The position numbers were made by a program, and so were the translations under genes. Under the pieces are notes generated by a model. It did not search any database. It was given only the letters and a program-made list of their open reading frames with translations, and was not told the DNA's origin. A DNA stretch of 64,000 bases, filler included, from Basidiobolus ranarum (Eukaryota), in NCBI GenBank assembly GCA_040143965.1. It is 15 parts of 15 records of this genome, joined end to end, with 100 filler letters (N's around TTAATTAATTAA, not from the genome) between each part and the next. Parts side by side here need not be neighbours in the genome. Positions count along the whole stretch, not along the records: positions 12,879 to 17,068 come from JASJQH010008953.1; positions 17,169 to 21,357 come from JASJQH010008954.1; positions 21,458 to 25,643 come from JASJQH010008955.1; positions 25,744 to 29,928 come from JASJQH010008956.1; 11 more parts are not named here. One strand, 5' to 3'. Below, in pieces: positions 13,641 to 26,598 of the stretch (the first letter of the stretch is position 1; each line of letters opens with the position of its first letter).

Positions 13641-14645
13641 ATGGAAACTGAAAGACTTTCTCCTCCTGCTGGTTTTGTCAGCCAAGGTGCCATTGAGCTT
13701 AGACCCCACGAAACAGCTGTAAACCTTGGTGTACCTTTGTCAGCTGAGCACATCGCTTCTTTAGGTCATCACATTACTCGTAGTCGTCAAGCTTCTCTTA
13801 ATGCCATTCCTCACAGAAAGTCTCTTTCTGGTGTCCCAATGCCTGAGTTCCACCCTGATCTCGTCGCTGATGAAGATCATTTAACCATGGCACAAATGTT
13901 CGATTGGTCCGAGTTTCGCAATCCTAAGATTTGGCGCTCTGGTATTCACGAATTGTTCTTAATGGCTATTTACGTTCTGGTTTCTTGTGGTGTAACTGTC
14001 TGGGCCATTCGAGTTGGAGGTCCTGTTGTTTCTCTTGATGTTGGTTTGGGTGTGTTCGTAGTTCTTACTATGTTCATCATGTCTTCCGCCTCAGTTTCCG
14101 GTGCCCATTTCAATCCTATCATTACTTGGACTGCTGTCGGTACTAGACTTTGTTCTGTTCCTCGTGCCATTATTTACTTGTTTGCTCATGTTATTGGTGC
14201 CATGCTTGGTGGTGCTATGCTTCGCGTCTGCTGTGGTCATGTGGTCACTGAAGCCACCAAACTTGGTGGATGGGGTTTCAATCCTGAACTCGTCACCACA
14301 GGACAAGCTTTCTGCCTTGAGTTCTTCTTCAGTTGGTCTTATGTTTGGATTACCTGGGGTTGCGGTATTGACCCTAAGCAACAAAAGGTTTTCGGTCCTG
14401 TTGTCGGTCCTATTTGTGTCGGTCTAGCTCTCGGTGGTAATATTTATGTTAGTGGTGGATTAAATGACGGTTATGGTGGTGTTGGTGCCAATCCCGCTAA
14501 GTTCTTCGGTATTGCTGTAGCAACAAACAACTTCCAAGCTCACTGGATTCCATGGATGGCTCCTCTTCTTGCTGCCATTTGCCAAAGTATTATCTACTGG
14601 GTAGCACCTCCACATCACGAAGCTGAGAAGCCTAAGAAGGATTAA
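13641..14645 (+). CDS. Major intrinsic protein (aquaporin), XIP-like, intronless
   Basis: Six hydrophobic segments, loop B SGAHFNPIIT, loop E NPAKF, and XIP-like GCGIDPKQ..FGP and LGGW motifs. Confidence 0.9.
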   Translation: METERLSPPAGFVSQGAIELRPHETAVNLGVPLSAEHIASLGHHITRSRQASLNAIPHRKSLSGVPMPEFHPDLVADEDHLTMAQMFDWSEFRNPKIWRSGIHELFLMAIYVLVSCGVTVWAIRVGGPVVSLDVGLGVFVVLTMFIMSSASVSGAHFNPIITWTAVGTRLCSVPRAIIYLFAHVIGAMLGGAMLRVCCGHVVTEATKLGGWGFNPELVTTGQAFCLEFFFSWSYVWITWGCGIDPKQQKVFGPVVGPICVGLALGGNIYVSGGLNDGYGGVGANPAKFFGIAVATNNFQAHWIPWMAPLLAAICQSIIYWVAPPHHEAEKPKKD

Positions 14646-14809
14646 TCAGTTGCTAAAGATCATCTTCCCTATATACCTTTGTAGACCCTTTTTCAAATAA
14701 TTCTCTCTGAAGAAGCATGTAGTTTTTTTTATTTACTTATTCTATAGACAATATAATAAATCCATTTATTCTTTAACTTTTGCTATCGTTTTCATTTACC
14801 CAAAATGCC

Positions 14810-15970
14810 CTCTAACCCAAGCATCCATACCATTCAAAATACCGCACTTACTGAAAACGATAATGACATGTTCATATCCTACCCAATATGCTCTAATTAT
14901 TACTATCCCATTCCTAAACTCGTCGAGTCATTCCTTCACTCTAACGATTTAGCGCTTTCCTTCCCTGGTCATTCTAGTAACTTTGATCATATGGACCTAT
15001 ATATCCCTTCCCCACACTTCCCAGTGGCATTCAAATAACCATAACTACACACATTACCAGTCGACTCCCGAAAATCATCCCCCTCTTCTCTAATTATTCC
15101 CATCGTCTCCTCTCTCCAATACCCCTTCCATCGGCATGCAAGTAACCGTACGCGTATATATATACCCATTTACAATCGACTACTGATAACAATCACCCTC
15201 CTATAATGATTAACTAGTGTTTTTCTTTCCTCGATATCCCTTCTCAGTGTCATCTAGTAACTATAACCATATATATTCATTACCAAACATTTACCGAAGA
15301 TGATAGCGCGTTCTCACCTACGTTTTAATTATTGCTACTGCTTTTCTTTCCAAGCATCCTTTCTTAGTGTCATTCTAGTAACCACATCCATCTCTTCTCA
15401 GTGGTATTCATATTACCATCACCATTTTATCATTACCAACCGACTCGTAAGAATGATACCCTCTCCTCGCTCTAGTTATTCCTATCACATAATCTTATTC
15501 TAATTACCATACTCACATATACCTACGGTCACTCCGCGATGATACTCGGTATTCGGACTTTCCTTTTCTCCAACACTCCTCCAACACTCCTCCTACTCTC
15601 AACATCCCTTCTCAGATATTCAAATTACCATCACTAATTGACTCCCAAATATCCTTTCCTCGCTCTTACTATTACTATCATTACCCTTCCTAACATCTCT
15701 TTCAGTGTTATTCAATTATCCATAGCTATATATACTTACTGCAAATCTACTCCAGAGAATGATCACCTTTCTTCGCACAGCTATTGTTTCCATACCCCAG
15801 CATCCCCTCTCAGTGATATTCTAGTTATTATCGCTTTCCCATTTTTGACATCCTTCTCAGTGGCATTCTAGCAATCATAACCATATATATCGATTACCAA
15901 TTGATTACTGAAAATATTCAGTGTTATCACTAGCCTTTACAGCTCATCACTTCCCAGCGCCATTCCAATT
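14810..15970 (+). repeat. Degenerate G-poor tandem repeat (about 10 decayed units with core CATCCCTTCTCAGTGNYATTCTAGTAACCATAACC...TTACCAA)
   Basis: Core variants recur near 15015, 15236, 15354, 15392, 15603, 15693, 15801, 15849 and 15949. Confidence 0.6.
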
Positions 15971-17884
15971 AACCCCTACCACAACATATGTCATTTCTGA
16001 AACCTTGGTTGATCATTGACTCAGAATACCGAACTAATCACGTCACTTCACCTGAGTTGCCAAAGCTTGGTAAACTGTAAATATAACCAATCCGCTTCCG
16101 ATATAGATACCAGTCTTTCGATCAAACCCAACCAAAATGACGGCGCTTCTTAGTACTCAGTTGGCTGCAGATGTAACCCTTTATTATATTACCAATCGAT
16201 TATAACCACCTTTTACCCAACAATGATGAGTCGGATTTGGACATTAATGATCGAGTCACTTGGAAGCTGAGAGTCTAGATGCACTTAGGCGATATCGGTT
16301 TCAAATAGAGTAATATAATCAACATCTCTGGGTATTTGTAAACCCTGACTTCGGGAATTTTCTCAATTGTTTTTTGTCAAAAGGTGGGTAATTTCCAAGG
16401 CCGATTCTAGGCTAAGACCAAACCATTTTAGGAAATAAAATCCAATTAGGCTAAATCGATCAAATCACCAAAACAGTAGGTTCCTGCATGTTGCCATATT
16501 GGGGCTAAGTGGTAAGTATAAAGTTTTGCATCAGCCATTTTTGGAAGAGAGGCTGATCTACAACGTGGAAGAAACTTTTACCCTCCTTCTTAATAGTATC
16601 AGCATAGTATATTGAGCGGGAGGTGTCACTGATGATACTTTGGAACTACCACCGATATACCATACTTGTTCTTACTGATAAACCCAAACTCCTGTCAGAA
16701 ACATCCATATCTATAACAATTCCCTCCAGCCCGTTCACGCTCATACTGTACTCGTTTTGTCAAATCCAATCTAGTTCATTTTATATAACTATCTATCTTC
16801 CTTTTTACACCAAATACTCTACCTTCTATCCAGTGCAATATTTCCTAATCCATATTATATGAATAGTGGAGTATTTATTCCTATATTTGAAAGTCACTTT
16901 TAAAAATGTAATAAACGTAAGTAACCACCGGAATTTATAGGTTGATATTCTAAAGTAATAGTTCAAACTCAGTTATTCAAAGCCATTTAGTAATCTCAAA
17001 GTTTTTACGTTTATTGCTTATCTTTTCACTCGCATTTACGATATAATTATCTACCTCAAATCTTATATNNNNNNNNNNNNNNNNNNNNNNNNNNNNNNNN
17101 NNNNNNNNNNNNTTAATTAATTAANNNNNNNNNNNNNNNNNNNNNNNNNNNNNNNNNNNNNNNNNNNNAATCTTGAAATTTCACTCCTGAAACTGAAAAA
17201 ATTGACTAAAATCAAATCTAACTTGACAATTTTATGTTGGTAAGTAAATGGTCAATCCAAAATGGATTAAAATTGTGATGGTTTTCCTACAATCACAATC
17301 CTCAAATTTCTGTTAGGAACCTTAACTGGTACTTTTCAAAGTGTCAAAATTGGCCACAAACTTAAAGGCAAGCAAAAAGCCACACAAACACTGCAAAGCA
17401 CCATTGGTAGTGTCATACTTCAAGGATGTATAAATATAGTAACAGTGCCTGAGGAGTATTTTAAAAAGTACAAAGGGAAAAATGCAGTGCAAGTATGCAG
17501 AAAGTGGCTTCTAGCAAAGAACATTCAACTTGACATTCAGTCATGGTTGACCATGCAATTATCTAGGAAGAATATAATATAGAGAGGCACAATATTGCAG
17601 GGTATCTGTCAGATAGCTGGAAGAATGTTGATTTGGGGATGTTAGTTCAATGGTGGGCTTTGATGCAGATATTGATGCAAACCTGCATGGATATGAGCTA
17701 AACTTTAGGTATGAAGTACTCTACAAAAATATTCCAGAGAGTATATTAAAGAAACTAGGTATTTGGAAGGTGACAAACTAGTGTTTAAGTAGTAAATGTG
17801 TAAGATTAGGATTGTGTTTTTTGCACATGTGTTGATCCATAGTTCTCTGAGATTGTAACCAATCATGTGCATCTATTTTGCAGG

Positions 17885-18850
17885 ATCTTGAAGTTTCACT
17901 GTTGAAACTGAAAAAGTTGATTAAAATCCAATCTAACTTAACAACTTTATGGCAGTAAGTAAACTATTGTTCCAAAATGGGTTAAAATTGTAATGGTTCT
18001 CTTACAGCAACAATCCTAAAATTTCTGTTAGGGAGATAGTTTCAGATTTTGGATTTGGCCAAATTCCAGGGTCTATTACCAATGTATCATCTTCCAACTT
18101 GGCTTCAGTACTTGTTGGCCTCAGATTGGTTTCAGAACTTGTTAACTCAGAATTTGATTTATTGAGAAATTTATTTTCAAACAAAATTAAATTCTCTTGC
18201 TTAGAAAATTTGAGACTTTCTTCAATCAACATAGTATCTCTGGCACTGATGATCGGATTGGTGCCAGCAATCAGGAGATGATAGCCTTTGTTTTGATATC
18301 CTAATAGCATATATTTAATTGCTTTTTTGTCCAATATCCTAAGTTGAGCTTCAGGCATATGAGTATGTACAATAGCTTCAATGGTTCCAAGTTGATTCAG
18401 AATAGTCCTGTTTCCAGTCCCAATTTCAATAGGAGTTTTGGAGTCATGGTTCTGACACGTTGGACTTCTATTTGGGAGATATGTAGCTGTTAAAATAGCT
18501 TTATGCCAATAGGTCTTAGACAGATCTGAATCAATCAGCATTGTATATGCTATCTATACTAAAGACTTGTTCATCCTTTCTGCAACTCTATTTTGTTCTG
18601 CACTATATGGTATAGTGAATTGCTGCTGAATTCCGTTTTCTTGACAAAAGCTAGTCATGGCTTCATTGTTACATTTGGTCCCATCAGCACTTCATAGGTG
18701 TTTGATTTTTCTTCCTGTTATGGTTATGACCAGTGCTTCATATATTTTGAAATATTGAAACATTCTCCTTTGATTGAGAGAAGATCTGAAACTGTGAAGT
18801 GTGATTTCTCATCAGTAAAGATAGGTAAATATTGTTACTTACTTAGTGTC
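17885..18850 (-). mobile_element. Ty1/Copia integrase remnant. 17885-18030 is also duplicated at 17169-17320.
   Basis: PYSAEQNRVAERMNK, YWHKAILTATYLPNRSPT, LDKKAIKYMLLGY and ISARD motifs. Confidence 0.8.
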
Positions 18851-20466
18851 AGAGTTTGCATTTGGCCACATAAGTCTGTATGAATAAGATCCAATAATTT
18901 TTTAGCTCTGCATTTAACACTTTTCCAACTGGTGTACCTGGTTCCATGGTGAAATTAAGCTTTTTTGCCAGTATATCTGACTCCAGAAATGCAGATCTTT
19001 GTAATGGTGTGAAGAATTTGGTAAGTGGGACAGTAGATCCTAAACTCACTGGCTCCTTTGCTTTTCCCTTGGGCTTACTAGCTTCCTGCTCCATGAGTAC
19101 TTCTTTAGCTACTTTTCTTTCTTTTCCAAGTTGATAATTGCATACATTTTTGAGATGTTTCATGAATAGGCCTATACTAGCCCAATTGCCTTTTGCATTC
19201 AAAAACTCAGGATAAGCCACATGAAATAGGTCAAGACCTTCAGAGTAATCATTGGTTTTTGGTTTTTCCATGAATAGCTCAAATCCTGGTGATTTTAGGC
19301 AAGATTCTGCATAGTTTTCCAAAATGTTAAATTACTCATCATCAGAGCATGTGATGGCAGCTCTGACATTCAGAGTCTTTGGTTTGCCAGCTTTCCTATG
19401 AGATTTCTACTTTCATGTGCCCATACAATTTTGGGTTGTTGTGTAGGCTTAATGGTCCTACACATATTCCGCTCCACTTGATTGTCAGTGTGACATTCAT
19501 GTGTATGGTGTGAATTTGATTGAAAGCCTGTATGAGAATAGATGGAGAGAGCAGCATGTTGCTGCATGTCAAGTACAGTATTCTGAAGGTTGTGCATCAT
19601 TGTTGAGTGGCTCTCTAAGTGTTGACTTGTTGCTTCTGAATGCTGCATTAATTGCAATATTGCAGTGTTATTGCTTGTCATGGCCTGTATAGTAACTTTT
19701 GTGGACACAGAATAAGTACCTCTATAATTTGGACTAATATGTTTGTGTGATAATCTGATGATATTTCCAGGAAAGCTGCAATACAGACTTCTTGGTGAGA
19801 TAAATCAAGATATGCAGTATTACTGTTTTAGCCATGGAGTAATCTATTCAAGCAATGATAAATCTACTTGTGGTTAGACATTTGTTTACTGCAAGTCAGG
19901 GATATTTTGGCTATATTCTTTACAGAAATTTGCCAAAATTCACAAGCTTATTCTCATTGTGAACAATAACAAGAGTAAGCTATTTGCCAAGTGTCTATGC
20001 TATTCAAAATTTCAGATGTTAACAATTTTGCCCCCATTAGTTTGCTGGTAAAGCATATTGATGTTGTTGAGTTATGTCTGATCAGTCAATTATGTGCATA
20101 TGTAGAGACAAATCACAACAAAATTCTTGTGTTTTTTGATTCTTATTGAGGCTTGAATGTAAAGAAAAATATCTAAATGAAGGCATGCATATTAATTCAA
20201 TTCCCTAAAGCAGTAAACCTAATAAATTGCCATTCAAACATTATATTTTTGAAAAAATAGCCAGGAATTAAATAACACATGCCAAATATGAGGATCAATA
20301 TTTTGAAATGTATGAATGCCAATGAACTTCCATCAAGAAGCCACCAGCATGCCATCCAAATCCCTGGCAGAATGCAAGCCACCAATTTTGTGATGGTTCT
20401 CTTGTGGTTTTGCAATCCTAAAGGGTGGATCTGATCCGGATCACATCCATCTTAGTTTTGTTAGAG
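18850..20466 (+). mobile_element. Internally deleted CACTA/EnSpm-like element
   Basis: 19254-19690 matches 38592-39020, then jumps to sequence matching ~41715-42380. It ends in the family terminus (GGATC subterminal repeats, TTTTGTTAGAG). The left boundary is approximate. Confidence 0.65.
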
Positions 20467-21457
20467 TATGGTTGAAGATGCAAGAACTACCAAACACAAA
20501 CCTCAAGGTAGACAACTTGTCCAACACATATGGCCATGCAGCTGCAGCCATGGTCAGTCAAAAGAGATGAATCTTCTACAATGGTTGAAGAATCAATAAC
20601 TGTCAAGCACAAACCTCAACTGAGACATACTGGGTCAATGTGTAAAACTGCATGCCAGCAGCATTGGCTGGTTGACCCATTAAGTGACGGCTCCATATCT
20701 GAAGAAGAGACTGTTGATACAAACAAACCACAAACTGGACTGGACAAGCCAATGCATACCACAGCACATTGACCTCAAGCCACAACTCATGCTGGCCAAG
20801 TTAGAATAACTTCAGCAGGATCAAACCAGCCAACCCAGCACAGAGGTTCAAGCAAAGTTCTTTCCATGGAAATAGCAAGGAAACAACAAAAATAACAGAT
20901 TCATGTCAGCATGTACCACTTCAAATCTGGGCAACTGCTGAATGCTCTTGTTAGTACTTATATTCTCCTATCTTTACTAGACTTGTTCCATTGGGCCAGG
21001 TCAGATCATGCCGCTTGATCCAGCCTGCTAGTACACCATCTGGCGCAATCTGTCAATTACCATGGCTGGGTCCTATAACACTCAATCAAACACTATAAGG
21101 AACAATATGGCACTATCCCACCACAATCAGACACAATGATTTTTTTGGAGATATCATGCCAGCCCGTACCAAGTTACCCGATTTACTATTGCCAAAATAC
21201 AATTTTGGGTAACTGACAAAGTAAATTGATCCCCTAGTTTGTAACATACGAATTACTGAATGTGTAACAATAAACAATTTATACTGTAACTTACCCAATC
21301 AAATGTATAACCGAGACATTCACATGTTTTTAGGCCAATCATTTGTCCCTCACTAACNNNNNNNNNNNNNNNNNNNNNNNNNNNNNNNNNNNNNNNNNNN
21401 NTTAATTAATTAANNNNNNNNNNNNNNNNNNNNNNNNNNNNNNNNNNNNNNNNNNNN

Positions 21458-22958
21458 AATACACCTATTCTCTGCAGTCTCTCTAATGAAGTGATGTCTT
21501 ATATCTATATGTTTGCTTCAATTATGATACATGGGATTTTTAGCTAATTTGATACAACTTTGCTGTTCTTGAAACATTATAGCTGGCAAATATTGAGAAT
21601 ACCTTACATCTGTTAAGAGATTTCTTAACCATATTGCTTTTTAGCTGCTTTGCAGGCAGCCTTGTATTCTGCTACTCTTGTTGAAAGTGCTATGGTAGGT
21701 TGTTTCTTTGAATTCCAAGAAATAGCTCCATTATAGCAAAGAAATAGGTATCCAGTTGTAGATCTCCTGTCTGCAATATCTCTTCCCCAATTTGCATCTG
21801 AATATCACATCCAATCAAAGTTTGATTCAGAATATGTATATTTTATGCCCAGATACACAATACCTTTCAAATAACTGAAAAACCACTTCACCTCTATGAT
21901 TTGATCAGTTCCTTAATTTTGAAGATATTGGCACATAGTTCCCATACAATATGTAATATCTGGCCATGCTCCAACCATGATATACATCAAACAACTAACC
22001 ATTGATTGATAAGGAAATTTCCAGCTTTCATTTGAATCCAAGAACATCTGATTTGAGCCATTTTTGGTTAAGTTAAGATATGTCTCCATTGGGGTGGATA
22101 CCAATCACATTCTTCCACTTTGAACTTTTTTAGTATATCTAGGATATACTTACACTGGTTTAAAGTTATTGTTTAGGTAGTTCTATCTATCTTAACTGTA
22201 TTCCAAGATAGTATGTCAGTTCAACAAGATCAGTCATTTTGAATTTGCCAGATCAGCTAGATTTGGTTTTTGCCAAATTCTTCAAGTCACTGGTTGCTAT
22301 AATAGGGTCATCTATATAAAAGGATAATAAAGCTGGGCTTGTTGTATCTGGCCTGAAGTAGATACTACAGTCAGCATTACTCTTTTGGAATTTGTGTATT
22401 TCCAAAAAAGCATCCATCTTGCTATTCCAAGCTCTGAAAGATTGTTTTATGCCATAGAGTGTTTTCTGGGGTCTGCAAACTTTTTAATGGTTTTTTGAGC
22501 TACAAATCCATCTGGCAGGTCCATATAGATCTCCTCTGCAACCTCACCATTCAAACAAGCAGTTTTGACTTCCATTTGATGTGTAATTAACTGATATTTA
22601 GTTAAAATTGCTAAAATCTATCTAATTGATATAGACTTTTCTACAGGAGCAAAAGTTTCTGTAAAGTCTATTCCAGGTGTTTGGGAATAGCTTTTGACTA
22701 CTTGTCTAGCCTTGCACCTTTCTATAATGCCATCAGAGCTATATTTAACTTTAAACACCCATTGGCAGCCAATTGATTTTCTATCATCAGGTACATTGGT
22801 TAAAATCCAAGTTCAATTATCAATCAAAGCCTGGCACTCATCAGCCATTGCATATCTCTAAAATTTTGTGTGTGGCCCATTTAGGGCCTCTTTTACAGTC
22901 TGGGGTTCATGTATATGAGCTGTGCAGGCATAAGCTAATTTTGGGCCTCATTGAGAAA
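21458..22958 (-). mobile_element. Ty1/Copia (family A) RT-RNaseH remnant
   Basis: EPQTVKEAL, WVFKVKY, ETFAPV, PYQSMV, WNSKKQPTIALST and HIDIRHHFIR. Many stops. Confidence 0.9.
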
Positions 22959-24520
22959 CCCTAACAAGAACAAAATTGATTTGATCCAGATTGGATCCAC
23001 CCTTCTGGATCACAAAACCATCAGAGAACTCTCACAATACTAGTGGCTTGCATTCTGCCAAGGATTTTAATGATGAGATGGTGGCTTCTTCATGGTATTT
23101 TGACAGTAATCATACATGGTAAAATACTGATCCTCATATTTGGCATGCATTATTTGATTTCCAATAATTTTTGTGAAAAACTAATTTTTGAATGGCAAAT
23201 TACTAGGTTTGTTGCTGCAGGGATTCAAATTAGTATGCATGCCTTTGTTTATATATTTTGGGCTTTGTATTCCAGCCATAATGAGAATCAAAAAAATACA
23301 AGAATCTTGTTGTGTTCAGTCTCTACATATGCACATACTTGACTGTTCAGACATAACTCAACAACATCAATATGCTTTACCAGCAAACTAACATTGGAAA
23401 AACTGCTAAACATCTGAAATTTTGAATAGCACTAACACTTGGCAAATAACTGACTCTTGTTACCATTCACAATAAGAATAAGCCTTTTGATTTTGCAAAT
23501 TTCCATAAAGAATTCAGCCAAATTATCACCAACTTGCAGTTAACAAATGTCCTGCCACAAGTAGAGTTGTCATTGCTTGAATAGATTACCCCATGGCTAA
23601 AACAATATTACTGTGTATCTGGATCTATGTCACCAAGAAGTCTATCTTGCAGCTTTCCTAGAAATACCATTGGATTATCATACAAACAAATTAGTTCAAT
23701 TATAGAGGCACTTACTCTGAGTCCATGGATTGGGTTTTGTTGCTCTTGTTGTGCTCAAACAATGTGAAAATGCATGAGCACATTGAAAAGAGCCCTTTGT
23801 TAGAAGGTTAATATACCCTTGAGTCTCCATAACCCATGGCATTACATCCATCTCTGATTTAATAATACATTGTTAATCAGATTAGCATATGGTTTTACTA
23901 ACAATTTCACATGGAGCATCACTTCACTGCAGGTGTGCTCCATTGAGAACTCATAGAATGCATAGCAAGGGCCTGTAATATCTGAACATTGTGAAAGATG
24001 CAGCAGGGCATGTATTAAATACCAGCATAGATTCAGTCTATCTTCTTTAAACCTCTAACAAAGTTTTCATATCCAATTACAAAATCTTTGCACAGTTGTT
24101 ATATCTGCCTGACATCTGTCAACATGAGTTGATGCAATAAGAGTGTATTAACAATAGCCACAAACAACTCCTAATGTTGCCAATACTTATCAGGCAGAAG
24201 TCTTTTCAAGATTCCACTGGAATATATACAAATCCAATATTTCCAGTCTTTGCATATGAATAAATGCCTAGAGGAGTGGATTTTGAAGAGAGTCCTGGGA
24301 AAATATGATGGTATCTTGATGTTTTCAAGCATATTCCCAATTGATTCAAACTTTGATCCTATCTCAAATGGCTCATTAAATTGAATTTTCCACTATTTCG
24401 CTGAGTAAGTAGTATTGGAATGTTATTGAGTAGTAAGTACATAGTGCCTAATGGGAAGCTCTGGCTCCAGCTAATCCCCTTTAGCAATACAATCTTAGGC
24501 TTATGGCTAATCCCAAGTTT
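22959..24520 (-). mobile_element. CACTA/EnSpm-like element, 3' half, embedded in Copia between gag and RT
   Basis: Starts CCCTAACAAGAACAAAATTGATTTGATCC and is the reverse complement of ~40910-42383. Confidence 0.7.
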
Positions 24521-25643
24521 TCTGTTAGGCTACTATTTGGTGAGTTGGTATAGGCACACATGTTGAAATCTGACTGGGCTATTGATGGTAAAATCATGGA
24601 CTTTAGTATTGCAATTCTTTTAAAGCAATCTTTGCTTAAATGGCCAGTTCTTTGACAGTAATCACAGACTGTGTTACTTTTCTTCCCAAAGGGCTTTTGG
24701 CCTGTATAGGAAGGTTTTCCATGACCTATTAAAGAACTTTCTTCATTCTTTTGGCTGGATCCCAATTCATATAAATCTTCATCCTGAAGTCTGCCTAATA
24801 CAAAATTAAAGGTCTAATTTTCAGTTCTTGATTCTGGAGCCATAACCAGGCTCTGAAATATGTGTGGCAAGCTATTCAGGACTGTAACTATGATATCTTG
24901 ATCAGTATTGGGTACTCCAATGCATTCCATTTCATCCAATCAAATAGTGACTCTATTGATTAGTGATTTAATGTCTTCTCCTGGCTTCATCTTTAAGTTA
25001 AAGAAATGTCTTCTTATAAACATCTTATTTGCAGTGGAACTTGTTTGGTAGGTGTCTTCCAAGGCTTTTCATACCTTCTTGGCCATTTTAGCTCTTAAAC
25101 ATTGAATTAGCAATTTGTCTTTGATGTTAAGACAAATTGTGATAAAGGCACTGGGTATTTGTTTAACCTGAGGTTAAGCTTTGGTTTTTGATAGTTTTGT
25201 GTTGTTTTACTCTTGTTTAACAATGTCACAAACTCATTTTTCTTGTGGCAGTGTTTTCATTTTAATTTTCCAAACATGATAATAGGTTCCATCCAACTTT
25301 TCAGATGAGGGAAAAGTTCCAGATATTTGAGAAGTAGACATTACAGAGAGTGTAAGCTCAGAGTTCATAACCTGTTAAAGTATTTTGGAGCCTGTTGGAA
25401 GTGGCTTGGAGAATTAGAAAAATTGATGTTTTTCACTTATTGATTTATTGGGTGGAAAGTGGATATTTATAGTTTTTCCAGATGTAAGCAAAATAACAAG
25501 TAGAAAGTGTTAAAATAGGTGCCAGGAACATATGTGCAAAGTTTGGGGCTTCTTGCACAAGTTTGAAGAACCTATATATCTGACAACTTCTAAGTTTGTA
25601 TAAGTATTCAGAATAAATTCTGATAGAGAATAATGGGTAATAT
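24521..25643 (-). mobile_element. Copia family A gag, PBS and 5' LTR (LTR from 25373, truncated by contig end)
   Basis: Zinc knuckle CDYCQRTGHLSKDC. PBS GGTTATGAACTC at 25361-25372. LTR is similar to 42917-43245. Confidence 0.85.
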
Positions 25644-25743
25644 NNNNNNNNNNNNNNNNNNNNNNNNNNNNNNNNNNNNNNNNNNNNTTAATTAATTAAN
25701 NNNNNNNNNNNNNNNNNNNNNNNNNNNNNNNNNNNNNNNNNNN

Positions 25744-26598
25744 ATTGTTCCCAAATGAAAAACTTGTTTTATTAGAAGGCAAGACGTCTCCATTTGGTGA
25801 CATTTTTAAGACTTCTTGACCACCATTTCGGGTGACAAATAAGTTTCCTTTGATATCCGTACGCATTCCGTCTATATCGATGCTCTGTGTTTTGATTGTG
25901 ATGAAATCAAAAAATAACTTTTTGTTCGAAATGGTGCCAGTCTTTGGATATACATCATATCGCCAAATTTTGTTGCTAACTGGAACTCCATTTCTGTTGG
26001 AGGCTTCCGAAAGGTAAAGATATTTATCATCAGGGCTTAGCTCTATACCGTTTGTACGCCCCATCACCTCCAGTCGCTTCGAGGTACCATCAGGGGAACA
26101 CATCCATAAATCACCATCCCCTGCCTGGCCATTAGCCCGCCATTTCATTCCAGATAGATAAATAAAGCCAGCTTTAGACAGTGCGAGATCATTGGGCTGA
26201 AGCATGTTAGCATTAGTACAGAAGTTTTTGGAGATTATCTCTTCATCATTAATGGTTAACTCAACAACGCGATGATTGACATAATCAGCAGCATAGGCGA
26301 GAGTTTTATCATTCTTTATAAAAAATCTTAGGGCGTTAAAAGCAGTACCCTTCGTGAATTTGTCTTCGTAAAATAGCTCCTGTGGTGTTACTTGGCCAAG
26401 AGTAGCCAAACTGGTGCCATTTCCAAAGTTTACAGCAAAAATGTTCCCTTCATCATCTACAGCGGTGCCTTCAATGAATGGTCCAAATTGGGAGTTACTT
26501 GAGTTAATTAAAGGCTTTGCTGTGTATTGAGTGATTGCTGCACTAACAGCCGAAATCGTCAACAACACAGAAATAGAACCAAACTTTGTGTAAAGCAT
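25744..26598 (-). CDS. Secreted SMP-30/gluconolactonase/LRE-family six-bladed beta-propeller, no introns seen, 3' truncated
   Basis: Signal peptide, then IEGTAVD, QPNDLA, TNGIELSPD and IDGMRTD..GNLFV (E/N/N/D metal ligands). Confidence 0.85.

Noticed and set aside
23043-23342. Recurring hydrophobic ORF (VACILP..WWLL) also seen at 20197-20415
   Set aside because: Both are readings of the same transposon subterminal sequence, and the frame is not clearly preserved in other copies.
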